From: Rhodanobacteraceae bacterium
GTDB lineage: Bacteria; Pseudomonadota; Gammaproteobacteria; Xanthomonadales; Rhodanobacteraceae
Length of the DNA: 64,000 nucleotides
Reading direction: 5' to 3'
NCBI GenBank assembly: GCA_036379395.1
Contig: DASVGR010000129.1
Coordinates: 2,010-66,009 of the forward strand
Positions 21,277-34,879 of this stretch are shown piece after piece. A program made the position numbers and the translations under genes. Below the pieces are notes generated by a model, which saw nothing but the letters and a program-made list of their open reading frames with translations, was not told the origin of the DNA and did no database searches. How positions within the stretch are numbered: position 1 is the first letter of the stretch; every line of letters starts with the position of its first letter.

Positions 21277-21821
21277 CGACGCTGCCGCCCCTGGCCGAAG
21301 CGCTGGCCAATGCCGAAATGCTATTTGACCAGGCCACCCTGCGCCGCGAAATCGCGCGCATGGGCCGCGAAATCGACGCCGCGCTGGCAGGCGAACGTGC
21401 GGTGATGTTGACCGTCATGAACGGCGGCCTGGTCATTGCCGCCGAACTGGCGCTGGCCGTGCGCACCGATCTGGAATTCGACTATGTGCATGCCACGCGC
21501 TATCGCGACAATCGCGGCGGCGCGCTGCACTGGCTGCGCAAGCCGCGCGTGGACCTTGCCGGGCGCAGCGTGTTGCTGGTCGACGACATCCTCGACGAGG
21601 GCGCGACGCTGAAAGCCGTGCGCGACGATTGCCTTGCCATGGGCGCGCGCCGCGTGCTCATCGCCACCTTGTGCACCAAGCGGCACGACCGGCGCGTGGA
21701 AGGTGTCGCGGCGGATTTCAACGGCGTCGACGTGCCCGATCGCTACGTTTTCGGCTACGGCATGGATTACCACGAACAGGGCCGCAATTTGCCGGCCATC
21801 CATGCGCTCAAGAACCCATGA
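21273..21821 (+). CDS. hpt: Hypoxanthine-guanine phosphoribosyltransferase
   Basis: PRPP motif VLLVDDILDEGATL; DRYVFGYGMDY...RNL. Confidence 0.9.
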   Translation: MTTLPPLAEALANAEMLFDQATLRREIARMGREIDAALAGERAVMLTVMNGGLVIAAELALAVRTDLEFDYVHATRYRDNRGGALHWLRKPRVDLAGRSVLLVDDILDEGATLKAVRDDCLAMGARRVLIATLCTKRHDRRVEGVAADFNGVDVPDRYVFGYGMDYHEQGRNLPAIHALKNP

Positions 21822-21841
21822 GACACTCCGGAGAGCCTGGC

Positions 21842-22594
21842 GTGAGTGATATCGCTTTTGCAGTCATCGGCGGCACCGGCTTTTATCAGCTGGCGGCCCT
21901 GGAAAACATGCGGCGCGAACGGGTCGACACGCCTTGGGGTTCTCCATCGGGAGATATCGTTATCGGCCGTCTGGATGGCCGTGAAGTGGCGTTTTTGGCG
22001 CGCCATGGTGAAAACCATCAATGGGCGCCGCATCGGGTCAATTACCGCGCCAATATATGGGCGTTGGACCATCTGGGCATCAAGCACATTGTGGCCATCA
22101 ACGCGGTGGGCGGCATTCGCTCGGACATGGGACCGCGTGCACTCGTCGTGCCGGATCAGTTGATTGATTACACCCATGGCCGCGCATCCAGCTTTTGCGA
22201 CGTGGATGGCGCCGAGGTGGTGCACGTCGATTTCAGCGAGCCGTATGCGCAGGCCATGCGCCATGCCTTGCTGGAGGCGGCTCAACGGGTCGGCACGGAC
22301 GTGGTCGATGGCGGCTGTTACGGTGTCACGCAGGGGCCGCGCCTTGAGACGCGTGCCGAAATCGCGCGCTTGCGGCGTGACGGGTGTGACCTGGTTGGCA
22401 TGACTGCCATGCCGGAAGCCACCCTGGCACGCGAACTCGATATCGACTATGCCTGTCTCGCATTGGTCGCCAATTGGGCGGCGGGATGTGATCCGGACAA
22501 TGCGCCGGAAATAAGTCTCGAAGCCATTTTCGAACATGTCGCGGCGGCAACGGCCAAGGTGCCGGCGATTTTGCAACAGCTTATTCTTGTATAA
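21842..22594 (+). CDS. S-methyl-5'-thioinosine/methylthioadenosine phosphorylase
   Basis: IGGTG, TPWG.PS, LARHG, VNYRANI, GPRLETRAE, VGMT, VANWAAG. GTG start. Confidence 0.9.
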   Translation: MSDIAFAVIGGTGFYQLAALENMRRERVDTPWGSPSGDIVIGRLDGREVAFLARHGENHQWAPHRVNYRANIWALDHLGIKHIVAINAVGGIRSDMGPRALVVPDQLIDYTHGRASSFCDVDGAEVVHVDFSEPYAQAMRHALLEAAQRVGTDVVDGGCYGVTQGPRLETRAEIARLRRDGCDLVGMTAMPEATLARELDIDYACLALVANWAAGCDPDNAPEISLEAIFEHVAAATAKVPAILQQLILV

Positions 22595-22757
22595 CTTGTG
22601 TTCAGTTTTGTCATAAAACATGCGATGCGAGTATGAGGAAATGTGTATTCAGCCTCTTGCAATTGGTGCATTGACGCAGTGATACTTCGCCAAGTACGGC
22701 AACAGCGGGGACAGGGGGTTGCAGTTGTCGTGCGTTCGTTTACGTGAGGGGTTTTCA

Positions 22758-22964
22758 ATGCGTTTCGGTACAGTAAAGTGGTTCAATGACGCCAAGGGTT
22801 TCGGTTTCATCGCACCCGAGGATGGTGGTGACGACGTGTTCGTGCACTATTCGGCCATCAATTCGACCGGTTTCCGCAGCCTCAAGGAAGGCCAGCGTGT
22901 CAGCTTCGAGGTGACGCAAGGCCCGAAGGGAGCGCAAGCTTCCGCTGTGGATGCGGCCGAGTAA
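22758..22964 (+). CDS. Cold-shock domain protein
   Basis: [15 protein letters not shown] (RNP1), DVFVHYSAI (RNP2), GPKG. Confidence 0.95.
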   Translation: MRFGTVKWFNDAKGFGFIAPEDGGDDVFVHYSAINSTGFRSLKEGQRVSFEVTQGPKGAQASAVDAAE

Positions 22965-22988
22965 GGCATCATTGCCGTAGGAACGAAG

Positions 22989-23015
22989 AGCCCGCGTCGC
23001 AAGGCGCGGGTTTTT
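22989..23015 (+). terminator. Intrinsic terminator after csp
   Basis: AGCCCGCGTC-GCAA-GGCGCGGGTT stem-loop followed by a T-run. Confidence 0.8.
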
Positions 23016-23101
23016 CATGCCCGCCGGTTTCTTGCGCAACCATTGAAAGCGGAGCATCGTGCCGGCATATCCATGGCGACACATTTGTATCAGGAGCTTT
23101 C

Positions 23102-24184
23102 ATGAACGCGACTCGGCAACTGCACGAACTGGGCCAGAGCCTGTGGCTGGACAACATCACCCGCGACATCCTCGACGACGGCTCGCTGGCCAGGCACATC
23201 GAGGAATATTCGCTGACCGGCCTTACCTCCAACCCGACCATCTTCGACAAGGCCATCGAGGGCACCAGCGCCTACGACGAGGCCATTCGCACCAAGACGG
23301 CGCAGGGCAAGTCCAACGAGGAGCTGTTCGTCGAACTGGCGCTGGATGACCTGCGCCGCGCGGCCAAGCTTTTTCATCCCACCTTCAAGGCCACCGACGG
23401 CCTGGATGGCTGGGTGTCGATGGAAGTCTCGCCGCTGATCGCCAGCGACACCGCCGCCACGATCGACGCCGCCGCGGCCATTCATCACCAGGCCGACTGC
23501 GAAAACCTGTTCGTGAAGATTCCGGGCACCCCGGAAGGCGTGCCGGCCATCGAGGAATCCATTTTTGCCGGCGTGCCGGTCAACGTCACGCTGCTGTTCT
23601 CGGCCGAGCAGTATCTGGCCGTGGCCGAGGCCTACATGCGCGGCATCGAACGCCGCATCGAGGCCGGCCTGAGCCCGAAGGTGCCGTCCGTGGCCTCCGT
23701 GTTCATCAGCCGCTGGGACGTGGCAGTCAAGGACAAGGTGCCGGCCGAACTCAAGAACAAGCTGGGCATTGCCATTGCCGGGCGTACTTACAAGGCCTAT
23801 GTCGACCTGCTGGCTTCGCCGCGCTGGCGCAAGCTGGCCGACGCCGGGGCCGTGGTGCAGCGCCTGTTGTGGGCCAGCACCGGCACCAAGGACCCGGCCG
23901 CTCCCGACACGCTGTACGTCACCGAGCTGGCCGCGCCGAACACCATCAACACCATGCCGGGCAAGACCATTGAAGCCCTGGCCGACCACGGCCAGCTGCA
24001 CGGTCCGATGGCGACTGACGGCGCGGCGGCCGAAGCCACGCTGGCGCAGTTTGCCAAGGCCGGCGTCGATGTCGACGCGCTGGCCACCAAGCTGCAAGTC
24101 GATGGCGCTGCCGCGTTCGTCAAATCCTGGGGCCAGTTGATGGAACACATCACCGAGCAGGGCAAGGCGCTCGCCACGCCGTAA
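23102..24184 (+). CDS. tal: Transaldolase (long, type-2-like)
   Basis: SLWLDN, GLTSNPTIF, SMEVSP, FVKIPGT, NVTLLFS, SVFISR, LLWASTG. Confidence 0.94.
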   Translation: MNATRQLHELGQSLWLDNITRDILDDGSLARHIEEYSLTGLTSNPTIFDKAIEGTSAYDEAIRTKTAQGKSNEELFVELALDDLRRAAKLFHPTFKATDGLDGWVSMEVSPLIASDTAATIDAAAAIHHQADCENLFVKIPGTPEGVPAIEESIFAGVPVNVTLLFSAEQYLAVAEAYMRGIERRIEAGLSPKVPSVASVFISRWDVAVKDKVPAELKNKLGIAIAGRTYKAYVDLLASPRWRKLADAGAVVQRLLWASTGTKDPAAPDTLYVTELAAPNTINTMPGKTIEALADHGQLHGPMATDGAAAEATLAQFAKAGVDVDALATKLQVDGAAAFVKSWGQLMEHITEQGKALATP

Positions 24185-24213
24185 GCGACCGACGTCAATT
24201 GCCCATTGCGCAC

Positions 24214-24252
24214 AAACGCGCGCCGACGAGGGTCGGGGCGCGTTTTGTTTTT
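24214..24252 (+). terminator. Intrinsic terminator after tal
   Basis: AAACGCGC.CCGAC / GTCGG.GCGCGTTT stem followed by TGTTTTT. Confidence 0.7.
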
Positions 24253-24299
24253 GGCTGGCAGGAACAGGTCCCGTTGATGGGCGGAACACGGCTTGGCTG

Positions 24300-24374
24300 G
24301 CAGGGGCGCGCCTGCGCGCGAAAAATGCTGCGATCAAACCAGTACCAAGCCATCGCCTGCAGGCAGGCTCCTGC
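24300..24374. repeat. REP doublet (REPIN-like), copy A
   Basis: GCAGGGGCGCGCCTGCGCGCGA...TCGCCTGCAGGCAGGCTCCTGC, 75 bp; homologous to 26312 and 30378. Confidence 0.7.
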
Positions 24375-24424
24375 ACAGCCAACACCGGTGTGCGATGGTT
24401 TTGCCCCGGAGCGTGCTTTTTGCC

Positions 24425-26182
<1,758 letters not shown>

Positions 26183-26311
26183 GCGGATTTCCTTGGACGG
26201 GATCGTCGAAAGATTGGGGCAGGGCGAGGTGAATCAATGCCGCCGATACGCACGCCATGCGCTTGTTGAAGAAGCTCTGATCGAATCGACAGGCAGGCCC
26301 CATGGCTGTCT

Positions 26312-26386
26312 GCGGGAGCGCGCCCGTGCGCGATGGCCAAATGATGATTCAAGGCAAGATCCCATCGCGCGCAGGCGCGTTCCCAC
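26312..26386. repeat. REP doublet (REPIN-like), copy B
   Basis: GCGGGAGCGCGCCCGTGCGCGA...TCGCGCGCAGGCGCGTTCCCAC, 75 bp. Confidence 0.75.
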
Positions 26387-26459
26387 AAGGGTCATTTGCC
26401 AGCGGCCTGCGTCCGATTCAATCAGCGCTTCCCTGACGGCCATCGGCGATAATGCCGCC

Positions 26460-27470
26460 ATGAATGCCTCCATGCTTGCCCACGATTCCATCCGCGCCGT
26501 GCAGTGGCGCGACGATCACCTGCACCTGCTCGATCAGCGTCGCTTGCCGATGGCGGAAGCGTGGCTCGACTGTCGCGACGCGGATGCCGTGGCTGGCGCC
26601 ATCCGCGATCTCGTCGTGCGCGGCGCGCCGGCCATCGGCATTGCCGCGGCCTGGGGCGTGGTGCTGGCCGCGCAACGCGGTGACGATTTGCCGGTGGCCA
26701 TGGCCACCCTGCGTGCCGCGCGACCGACGGCCGTCAACCTGATGTGGGCGCTTGACCGCATGGCGCGTTGCACGCCTTCGGTGGACGCGTTGGCGCGCGA
26801 GGCGCAGGCCGTCCAGGACGAGGATCTGGCCGCCAATCACCGCATGGGCGACCTGGGCGCCGCGCTGATGGCGCCGGACAGCGGCGTGCTGACCCATTGC
26901 AACACCGGCTCGCTGGCCACGGCCGGCTTCGGCACGGCGCTGGGCGTCATCCGCAGTGGCTATCGCGACGGGCGCATCAAGCGCGTGTTTGCCGGCGAAA
27001 CGCGGCCGTGGCTGCAAGGCGCGCGGCTGACCATGTGGGAGCTGGTGCGCGACGGCATCCCGGCCACGCTGATTGCCGATTCGGCGGCCAGTTGGCTGAT
27101 GCACTCCGGCCAGGTGCAATGGGTGGTGATCGGTGCCGACCGCATCGCGGCCAACGGCGACACAGCCAACAAGATCGGCAGCTACCAGTTGGCCATCGCG
27201 GCGCGTCATCACGGCGTCAAGTTCATGGTGGTGGCGCCGTCGTCCACGGTGGACATGCAAACCGCTTCGGGGGACGCCATCAAGATCGAACTGCGCGCGC
27301 CGGACGAGCTTCTGGGCTACGCCGGCCAGCGCACGGTGGTAGACGGCGCGAGCGCGTGGAACCCGGTGTTCGACGTGGTGCCGGCCGCGCTCATCGACGT
27401 GCTGGTGACCGAGCGTGGCGTGATCGAAAAGCCCGATGCCGCACGCATGCGGGCGGTGTTTGCCGCATAG
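26460..27470 (+). CDS. mtnA: Methylthioribose-1-phosphate isomerase
   Basis: [56 protein letters not shown]. Confidence 0.96.
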   Translation: MNASMLAHDSIRAVQWRDDHLHLLDQRRLPMAEAWLDCRDADAVAGAIRDLVVRGAPAIGIAAAWGVVLAAQRGDDLPVAMATLRAARPTAVNLMWALDRMARCTPSVDALAREAQAVQDEDLAANHRMGDLGAALMAPDSGVLTHCNTGSLATAGFGTALGVIRSGYRDGRIKRVFAGETRPWLQGARLTMWELVRDGIPATLIADSAASWLMHSGQVQWVVIGADRIAANGDTANKIGSYQLAIAARHHGVKFMVVAPSSTVDMQTASGDAIKIELRAPDELLGYAGQRTVVDGASAWNPVFDVVPAALIDVLVTERGVIEKPDAARMRAVFAA

Positions 27471-27720
27471 ATCGAATGCGCTGGCGCAAGGGGGGGCGCG
27501 ACGGTGCTTGCGGCGGCCGTCGCGAGGGATTTTTTCGACCCTTGCGCGGGGCTTTTCGTCAACCCCGAATGCAAGCTGTAACTGATTGTTTTTGAAACCC
27601 AAAATACGGGCAATTCAGGGCCGCGTGTGGTACACTTCAAAGGTTCCGTGACCAAGCGTCAGGACGCGCCTTGCCGGCGTGCCCACGGGATCTCCTTTTG
27701 TTCTCACAAGGACGCCTTAC

Positions 27721-30318
27721 ATGGCAGAACTCGCCAAAGAAGTCATCCGGGTCAACATCGTCGACGAGATGCGGCAAAGCTACCTCGATTACGCCATGAG
27801 CGTGATCGTGGGGCGTGCGCTCCCCGACGTGCGCGACGGCCTGAAGCCGGTGCATCGCCGCGTCCTGTTTGCCATGAGCGAACTGGGCAACGTGTACAAC
27901 AAGGCGCACAAAAAGTCCGCGCGCGTGGTCGGTGACGTCATCGGTAAATACCACCCGCATGGCGACGCTTCCGTGTACGACGCCATCGTGCGTCTGGCGC
28001 AGCCGTTCTCGCTGCGCTACATGCTGGTCGACGGGCAGGGCAACTTCGGTTCGGTCGATGGCGATTCCGCCGCGGCCATGCGTTACACCGAGGTGCGCAT
28101 GTCCAAGCTGGCGCACGAGCTTTTGGCCGACATCGACAAGGACACGGTCGACTTCGGCCCCAACTACGACGAGTCCGAGCAGGAGCCGCTGGTTCTGCCG
28201 ACGCGCGTGCCGAACCTGCTGGTCAACGGTTCGGCCGGCATCGCCGTGGGCATGGCGACCAACATTCCGCCGCACAACATGACCGAAGTCATCGCCGGCA
28301 CCATCGCGCTGATCGACAACCCGGCGCTCACCATCGACGACCTGATGGGCTACATCCCGGGGCCGGATTTTCCCACCTGCGGCATCATCAACGGCGCGGC
28401 CGGCATCGCCGCCGCCTACCGCACCGGGCGCGGCCGCATCCGCGTGCGCGCCAAGGCCGGGATCGAAACCGACGCCAAGGGCCACGAGACGATCGTTGTC
28501 GACGAAATTCCGTACCAGGTCAACAAGGCGCGCCTGATCGAAAAAATCGCCGAGCTGGTCAAGGACAAGCGGCTGGAAGGCATTTCCGCCATCCGCGACG
28601 AGTCCGACAAGGACGGCATGCGCATCGTCATTGAAATCCGTCGTGACGCGATGGGCGACGTGGTGCTCAACAACCTGTATTCGCAGACGCAGATGCAGGT
28701 CACCTTCGGCATCAACATGGTGGCGCTGGTCGACGGCCGGCCGAAGCTGCTCAACCTGAAGGAAATCCTCGAGGCGTTCATCCGCCACCGTCGCGAAGTG
28801 GTCACGCGACGCACCATTTTCGAGCTGCGCAAGGCGCGCGCGCGCGCCCACGTGCTGGAAGGCCTCACCGTCGCGCTGGCCAACATCGACGAAATGATCG
28901 AGCTGATCAAGACGTCCGAGTCGCCGGCGCAGGCACGCGAGCGCATGCTGGCCAAGCGCTGGGAACCGGGCATGGTCGCCACGCTGCTGGAAGCGGCCGG
29001 CGCCGATGCCACGCGGCCGGAAGACATGGACCCGCGCGACGGCCTGAAGGACGACGGCTACAAGTTGTCCGAGGTGCAGGCGCAGGAAATCCTGGCCATG
29101 CGCCTGCATCGCCTGACCGGTCTGGAGCAGGAAAAGCTCAGCGACGAATATCGCGAGATCCTCGATGCCATCCATGGCTTCATCACCATCCTGGAAGATC
29201 CGGAAAAGCTGTTGCAGGTCATCCGCGACGAGCTCACCGTCATCAAGGAAACCTACGGCGATGCGCGCCGCACCGAGATCCTCCATTCCATGGACGATCT
29301 GGACATCCTCGACCTCATCGAGCCCGAGGACGTGGTCGTCACGCTGTCGCACACCGGTTACGTCAAGCGCCAGCCGGCCAGCACGTATCGCGCGCAGCGT
29401 CGTGGCGGCAAGGGACGTTCGGCGTCCAGCCTGAAAGACGAAGACGTGGTCGAACAGTTGTGGGTCGTCAACACGCACGACACGCTGCTCACCTTCACCA
29501 GCGCCGGCCGCGTGTACTGGCTCAACGTGTACCAGATGCCCGAAGCCGGTCCCGGCGCGCGCGGCAAGCCCATCGTCAACCTGCTGCCGCTGGAAGAAGG
29601 CGAGCGTGTGCAGGCCGTGTTGCCGGTGCGCGAATACAGCGAAGATCGTTACGCGTTTTTCGCCACGCGCCACGGTACGGTCAAAAAGACGCCGCTGACC
29701 GAGTTTGCCTACCAGTTGCAACGCGGCAAGATCGCCATCCGTCTGGAAGAGGGTGACGCGCTGGTTGATGTCGAGCTGACCGATGGCAACAGCGATGTGT
29801 TGCTGTTTGCCTCCAACGGCAAGGTCAACCGTTTCGACGAAAACACGGTGCGTTCGATGGGCCGCACCGCCGCCGGCGTGCGCGGCATGCGTCTGTCCGA
29901 CGACAGCGAAGTGGTGTCGCTGATCGTCGTGGGCAGCGACGGCAAGGCCGAGGGCGACATCCTCACCGCCACCGAACGCGGCTACGGCAAGCGCACCGCA
30001 TTGGCCGAGTTCCCCAAGAAGGGGCGCGGCACGCAAGGTGTCATCGGCATCAAGTGCTCCGAGCGCAACGGCGCGTTGGTCGCGGCGCAGCAAGTGGCCG
30101 AGGAAGACGAGCTGATGCTTATTTCCGACCAGGGCACGCTGGTGCGCACGCGCGTGGCCGAGGTGTCGTGCCTGAGCCGCAACACGCAGGGCGTCACGCT
30201 GATCAAGTTGCCGGATGAAGAAAAACTCATCGGTGTGGTGCGCCTTGATCCGGAAGAAGACGACGGCACGTCGGATGGCGAAGCCGCCGACGACACCGTG
30301 CCGGCCGACGAAACCTGA
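27721..30318 (+). CDS. gyrA: DNA gyrase subunit A
   Basis: [31 protein letters not shown], GyrA-box QRRGGKG, acidic tail. Confidence 0.99.
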   Translation: MAELAKEVIRVNIVDEMRQSYLDYAMSVIVGRALPDVRDGLKPVHRRVLFAMSELGNVYNKAHKKSARVVGDVIGKYHPHGDASVYDAIVRLAQPFSLRYMLVDGQGNFGSVDGDSAAAMRYTEVRMSKLAHELLADIDKDTVDFGPNYDESEQEPLVLPTRVPNLLVNGSAGIAVGMATNIPPHNMTEVIAGTIALIDNPALTIDDLMGYIPGPDFPTCGIINGAAGIAAAYRTGRGRIRVRAKAGIETDAKGHETIVVDEIPYQVNKARLIEKIAELVKDKRLEGISAIRDESDKDGMRIVIEIRRDAMGDVVLNNLYSQTQMQVTFGINMVALVDGRPKLLNLKEILEAFIRHRREVVTRRTIFELRKARARAHVLEGLTVALANIDEMIELIKTSESPAQARERMLAKRWEPGMVATLLEAAGADATRPEDMDPRDGLKDDGYKLSEVQAQEILAMRLHRLTGLEQEKLSDEYREILDAIHGFITILEDPEKLLQVIRDELTVIKETYGDARRTEILHSMDDLDILDLIEPEDVVVTLSHTGYVKRQPASTYRAQRRGGKGRSASSLKDEDVVEQLWVVNTHDTLLTFTSAGRVYWLNVYQMPEAGPGARGKPIVNLLPLEEGERVQAVLPVREYSEDRYAFFATRHGTVKKTPLTEFAYQLQRGKIAIRLEEGDALVDVELTDGNSDVLLFASNGKVNRFDENTVRSMGRTAAGVRGMRLSDDSEVVSLIVVGSDGKAEGDILTATERGYGKRTALAEFPKKGRGTQGVIGIKCSERNGALVAAQQVAEEDELMLISDQGTLVRTRVAEVSCLSRNTQGVTLIKLPDEEKLIGVVRLDPEEDDGTSDGEAADDTVPADET

Positions 30319-30328
30319 TCGTTCGGAT

Positions 30329-30452
30329 GCGGGAGCCTGTCGCCGCAGGCAGGCCCCCACCGTTTCAACTCCCTTCTGTGGGAGCGCGCCCGCGCGCGAT
30401 GGCGCGATGCTGGTTTGCGGCAAGATCTCTTCGCCCGCAGGCGGGCTCCCAC
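30329..30452. repeat. REP cluster: internally deleted doublet (30329-30360) plus full 75-bp doublet copy C (30378-30452)
   Basis: GTGGGAGCGCGCCCGCGCGCGA...TCGCCCGCAGGCGGGCTCCCAC; upstream GCGGGAGCCTG..CAGGCAGGCCCCCAC. Confidence 0.75.
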
Positions 30453-30465
30453 AAAGGGCGGGCTT

Positions 30466-30957
30466 CTACAAGGTGTCCAGCGCATCCAGCATGGCCTGCG
30501 CGCTTGATACGCGCAGCTCGCCCGGCGCTTCCACGTGCAGCAACTTCACCACGCCGTTTTCGGCATACAGCGCAAAACGTTTTGCGCGCAGGCCCATGCC
30601 GACGGCGCTGCCATCCATTTCCAGCCCCAATGCCCTGGTGAACGTGCCGTTGCCGTCCGCCAGCATGGTCAGGCTGGCGGGCACGTTTTGCGACTGCGCC
30701 CACGCGTGCATCACGAACGCATCGTTGACGGCCAGGCACGCCACCTTGATGCCGCGCCGCTCGAACTCGGCCAGATGTTCGACGTAGCCCGGCAGATGGC
30801 GGTTGGAGCAGGTGGGCGTGAAGGCGCCGGGTACGGCAAACAGCAGCACGTTGGCATCGGCGAAAACCTCGTCCGTGCCGATGCTGCGCACGCCATCAGC
30901 CAGAATGTTGAGCGTGGCGGCGGGGATACGCGCGCCGACGACGATGGGAGTGGTCAT
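30466..30957 (-). CDS. Type II (Prx5-like) peroxiredoxin
   Basis: FAVPGAFTPTCS, VNDAFVM.AW, LADGNG.FT, KRFA. Confidence 0.93.
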   Translation of the reverse strand: MTTPIVVGARIPAATLNILADGVRSIGTDEVFADANVLLFAVPGAFTPTCSNRHLPGYVEHLAEFERRGIKVACLAVNDAFVMHAWAQSQNVPASLTMLADGNGTFTRALGLEMDGSAVGMGLRAKRFALYAENGVVKLLHVEAPGELRVSSAQAMLDALDTL

Positions 30958-31108
30958 GGGATTTTGCTCGTCCGGAGGGTTGCCGGCATGATAACGCGTG
31001 CCGTGCAGGCGCTTCGGCGCTTGAATCTGCGCGTCGAGCACTTATCTTGATGACAATCGTGTCGCATGTGCGAACGTGCGGCTGCCTGATCGTTTCCGCG
31101 GAGCGTGC

Positions 31109-32020
31109 ATGGAATTCAAGGATTACTACGACATCCTCGGCGTCAAGCCGGACGCCAGCGAGGCCGAGATCAAGACGGCTTACCGCAAGCTGGCGCGCAA
31201 GTATCACCCCGACCGCAACAAGGAGCCGGGAGCTGAGGAGCGCTTCAAGGAAATCAACGAAGCCAATGAGGTACTCAAGGACAAGGAAAAGCGCCAGGCC
31301 TATGACCAGGTGCGTGCCGGCGGGTACCGCGCCGGCGACCAGTTTCGCCCGCCGCCGGGTTGGGGCGGTGGTGCCGGCCCGCAAGGTTTCAATTTCAACG
31401 GCGGCGGCTTTGGCGGCGCCGATTTCAGCGACTTTTTCGAAAGCCTGTTCGGCCAGGCCGCGCGCGGCGGCGGTCGCCCGCATGCGCAACGCGGGCAGGA
31501 TGTGCAGGCGCACATCGACGTCGATCTGGCCACGGCCTACGCCGGCGGCAAGACGCGCGTCGCGCTGGGTGACGGGCAGGGTGGCGAAAAGGTGCTGGAG
31601 GTCAAGATTCCGGCCGGCATCCTGTCCGGGCAATCCATTCGTCTGAGCGGTCAGGGGCAGCCCGGCTTCGGCGGTGCCCCCAGTGGCGATCTGCTGCTGG
31701 AAGTGGGCGTGAAACCGGATGCGCGCTTCGAACTGGACGGCCGCAACGTGCTCAATACCCTGGCCGTAGCGCCGTGGGAAGCAGCGCTGGGTGCCGTGGT
31801 CGACGTGCCGACCCTGGGCGGCACCGTACAACTGCACGTGCCGGCGGGTTCGCAATCCGGCCGCAAATTGCGCCTCAAGGGACGCGGTTTGCCGGGCACG
31901 AATGCCGGTGACCAGCTGGTCACTTTGGCCATCCATACGCCCGCCGCCGACAGCGACGAAAGCAAGGCCGCCTACGCGGCCTTCAAGGAAGCCTTCGCCG
32001 CATTCGCGCCGCGTGCGTGA
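31109..32020 (+). CDS. cbpA: CbpA-like DnaJ-class protein (J domain + DnaJ_C, no Zn finger)
   Basis: MEFKDYY, KYHPD, G/F region with DFSDFFE, PWEAALG, VPTL, LRLKGRG. Confidence 0.85.
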   Translation: MEFKDYYDILGVKPDASEAEIKTAYRKLARKYHPDRNKEPGAEERFKEINEANEVLKDKEKRQAYDQVRAGGYRAGDQFRPPPGWGGGAGPQGFNFNGGGFGGADFSDFFESLFGQAARGGGRPHAQRGQDVQAHIDVDLATAYAGGKTRVALGDGQGGEKVLEVKIPAGILSGQSIRLSGQGQPGFGGAPSGDLLLEVGVKPDARFELDGRNVLNTLAVAPWEAALGAVVDVPTLGGTVQLHVPAGSQSGRKLRLKGRGLPGTNAGDQLVTLAIHTPAADSDESKAAYAAFKEAFAAFAPRA

Positions 32021-32070
32021 GAAAAAAGCGATCGGTGCGCCCGGCTTTGGTAAGCTTGGCGCGCCCGCAT

Positions 32071-32156
32071 GCCCGGGTGGCGGAATTGGTAGACGCAGCA
32101 GACTTAAAATCTGCAGGCTTTTGGCCATCCGGGTTCGATTCCCGGCCCGGGCACCA
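32071..32156 (+). tRNA. tRNA-Leu (anticodon TAA)
   Basis: Acceptor GCCCGGG/CCCGGGC-ACCA, D-loop GGAATTGGTAGAC, anticodon stem GCAGA-CTTAAAA-TCTGC, long variable arm, GGTTCGATTCC. Confidence 0.96.
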
Positions 32157-32304
32157 GTTGATCAGGCTTTGTGTTGAGTGACAGCCCTGTGCGTGAAACC
32201 GCGCGGCCGTCCGGCTGCCCACATGAACGATCTTCTCAAGCCCCGGCGTGCCGATGGTGGCACTATCGGCACGGTCAACCCGATGCTGCTTGAGGAGTCC
32301 AATC

Positions 32305-34023
32305 ATGACCATTGCCGATCTCATCGCCGAAACGCTTGCCAATGCCGGGGTGAAGCGGATCTGGGGCGTCACGGGCGACAGTCTCAACGGGCTCAATGAC
32401 AGCTTGCGGCGCCTGGATCGCATTGACTGGATGCATGTGCGCCACGAGGAAGCCGCCGCGTTTGCGGCCGGCGCCGAGGCGGCTGTCACCGGTGAGTTGG
32501 CGGTGTGCGCGGGCAGTTGCGGGCCGGGCAATCTGCACCTCATCAACGGCCTGTTCGATTGCCAGCGCAACCACGTGCCGGTGCTGGCCATTGCCGCGCA
32601 CATCCCTTCTTCGGAAGTGGGATTGGGCTACTTCCAGGAAACCCATCCGCAGGAACTGTTCCGCGAGTGCAGCCACTTCGTGGAGCTGGTCACCAACCCG
32701 GCGCAGATGCCCGAAGTGCTGCACCGCGCGATGCGCTCGGCCATCGGTCATCGCGGCGTGGCGGTGATCGTGATTTCCGGCGACGTGGCGTTGCAGGCGG
32801 CTCCGGCCAATGCGCGCACGGATTGGGTGATGTCCGCACCGCCACGGCTGTTGCCCAATCCGGTCGAGCTGGATCGTCTGGCAGCGACGCTTGGCGCGGC
32901 CGGGCACGTCACCATTTTGGCCGGCAGTGGTTGCGCCGGTGCGCATGGTGAAGTTGTCGCGTTGGCGGACAAGCTGGCGGCGCCGGTGGTGCATGCGCTG
33001 CGCGGCAAGGAATATCTGGAATGGGACAACCCGTTCGATGTCGGCATGACCGGGCTGATCGGCTTTGCGTCCGGCTACCACGCCATGCTGGCGTGCGACA
33101 CGCTGCTGATGCTGGGCACGGATTTTCCGTATCGCAATTTCTATCCGGCCAAAGCCAGGATCATCCAGATCGACCGCGATCCCTCCGCGCTGGGGCGGCG
33201 CGCGCAGCTGAGCCAGGCGGTTGTGGGTGACGTCAGGGAAACGCTGACGCAGCTGCTGCCCAAGCTTGCGCGCACCGATGACCGCGTTTTCCTGGATGCC
33301 GCCACGGCACACTATCAAAAGGCGCGGGCAGATCTTGATGCGCTGGCGCGGCCGTCCAAACCGGGGCGACCGATTCATCCGCAATATCTCGCGCGCCTGG
33401 TGAACGAGGCGGCCAGCGATGATGCGATCTTTACCGCCGACGTCGGCACGCCGACGGTGTGGGCGGCGCGCTATCTCGACATGAACGGCAAGCGCCGCCT
33501 CATCGGTTCGTTCAACCACGGCTCGATGGCCAATGCGCTGGTGCAGGCGATGGGCGTGCAGGCGGCGGCGCCGGGGCGCCAGGTGGTGTCGCTGTCCGGT
33601 GACGGCGGTTTTGCCATGATGATGGGCGATTTCATTTCGCTGGCGCAGTTGAAACTGCCGGTCAAGGTGGTGATCGTCGACAACAGCCTGCTGGGATTCG
33701 TGGCGATGGAAATGAAGGCGGCGGGTTATCTCGATACCGGCACCGACCTCGAAAATCCGGACTTTGCGGCCATGGCCGAGGCGATGGGCGTGAAGGCTTT
33801 CCGCGTGGAGGATTCGGCCCGGTTGCCGGACGTCCTCAAGCAGGCCTTTGCCCATGATGGCCCCGTGCTGGTGGATGCCGTCACGGCCACCCAGGCGCTG
33901 GTCATGCCGCCCAGGATCCAGGCGGCGCAGGCCAAGGGGTTCAGCCTGTTCATGCTCAAGGCCATCCTCAACGGACGCGGCGACGAGATCGTCGAACTGG
34001 CGCGGACCAATTTGCTGCATTGA
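32305..34023 (+). CDS. poxB: Ubiquinone-dependent pyruvate dehydrogenase (pyruvate oxidase)
   Basis: [42 protein letters not shown] motif GDGG...DN. Confidence 0.93.
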   Translation: MTIADLIAETLANAGVKRIWGVTGDSLNGLNDSLRRLDRIDWMHVRHEEAAAFAAGAEAAVTGELAVCAGSCGPGNLHLINGLFDCQRNHVPVLAIAAHIPSSEVGLGYFQETHPQELFRECSHFVELVTNPAQMPEVLHRAMRSAIGHRGVAVIVISGDVALQAAPANARTDWVMSAPPRLLPNPVELDRLAATLGAAGHVTILAGSGCAGAHGEVVALADKLAAPVVHALRGKEYLEWDNPFDVGMTGLIGFASGYHAMLACDTLLMLGTDFPYRNFYPAKARIIQIDRDPSALGRRAQLSQAVVGDVRETLTQLLPKLARTDDRVFLDAATAHYQKARADLDALARPSKPGRPIHPQYLARLVNEAASDDAIFTADVGTPTVWAARYLDMNGKRRLIGSFNHGSMANALVQAMGVQAAAPGRQVVSLSGDGGFAMMMGDFISLAQLKLPVKVVIVDNSLLGFVAMEMKAAGYLDTGTDLENPDFAAMAEAMGVKAFRVEDSARLPDVLKQAFAHDGPVLVDAVTATQALVMPPRIQAAQAKGFSLFMLKAILNGRGDEIVELARTNLLH

Positions 34024-34082
34024 CGTTTGTCGTCGCCGCAAGCCGGGGCAAGCGCGGTTTCCGCTCCCGCTCCTGTCCTGCA

Positions 34083-34113
34083 AAAAGAGCCGACCAAGGT
34101 GGCCGGCTCTTTT
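34083..34113. terminator. Bidirectional intrinsic terminator
   Basis: AAAAGAGCCG...CGGCTCTTTT between convergent genes. Confidence 0.8.
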
Positions 34114-34135
34114 GTCACATGATGCAAGGAATGGT

Positions 34136-34669
34136 TCAGCGGCTGCCGCAAGCGCGGCCGTTGCTGGGGCGGTAACCCTTGGCCTTGGCCTGGGACTCGC
34201 TCATGTATTCGCCTTGCTTGGTGTTGCCGGAAAGCTTGCTGCCGGAGCAGTGGTAGACCTTGCTGTCGGTATTGACCCACACCTTGCCGTTGCCGCCGCG
34301 GGTCGCCACGCTGCGGTGCGTCGTCGACTTGGCGTGCGACGCGCGCTTTGTGGTCGCGGCCGATTGGGACTTGGTCGATTTCTTGTCGGCCTTGGCATGA
34401 TGTTCGCTGCGCTTGTGCGACGTTGTCTTGGCGTGTCCGGACGTTTTTTCGTGCGTTGCCTTTTCCTTGTGGGCGGTCTTTTTGTGCGTGGTTTTCTTGT
34501 GTGTCGCCTTCTTGTGCACGGCCTTTTTCTTGTGCTTCGTGGAGGTCGTGGTGCTGCTGCCGACCATGTAGCCGGTCGGGCTGGCGGCGAACGTCGCCGG
34601 AGTTGCCATCAAAAAGGCGGCCAGCATGACCACCAGCAAGCCTGCAAGCTTCAGACGCGAGATCTTCAT
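34136..34669 (-). CDS. Secreted Lys/His/Thr-rich protein with small C-terminal domain
   Basis: Signal peptide (..ATFA|AS), repeated xxHKK pentamers, C-terminal VWVNTDSKVYHC...MSESQAKAKGYR..C; GGGGA RBS. Confidence 0.75.
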   Translation of the reverse strand: MKISRLKLAGLLVVMLAAFLMATPATFAASPTGYMVGSSTTTSTKHKKKAVHKKATHKKTTHKKTAHKEKATHEKTSGHAKTTSHKRSEHHAKADKKSTKSQSAATTKRASHAKSTTHRSVATRGGNGKVWVNTDSKVYHCSGSKLSGNTKQGEYMSESQAKAKGYRPSNGRACGSR

Positions 34670-34879
34670 CGTGATTCCCCGTTGCATGAGTTGTGTGTGC
34701 GGCGCACGTGAGTGTCCCCAGCCGCATCGCGATCATAGGCGGCTGACGAAGTGGACGCCTGTCTGTGGCCTGAATACGAATTTCCCCTTTCGAATCAGTC
34801 CTGTGAAGGCACCGTGATGGCGCGGTGTGGCGCCTTTGCGGAGGGCGGGAAGCGCTGGCGGTTTGCCGGCGCGCGGGTG

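Noticed and set aside
32071-32300. Prophage or integrative element at tRNA-Leu
   Set aside because: No integrase, phage genes or att duplication detected by eye.
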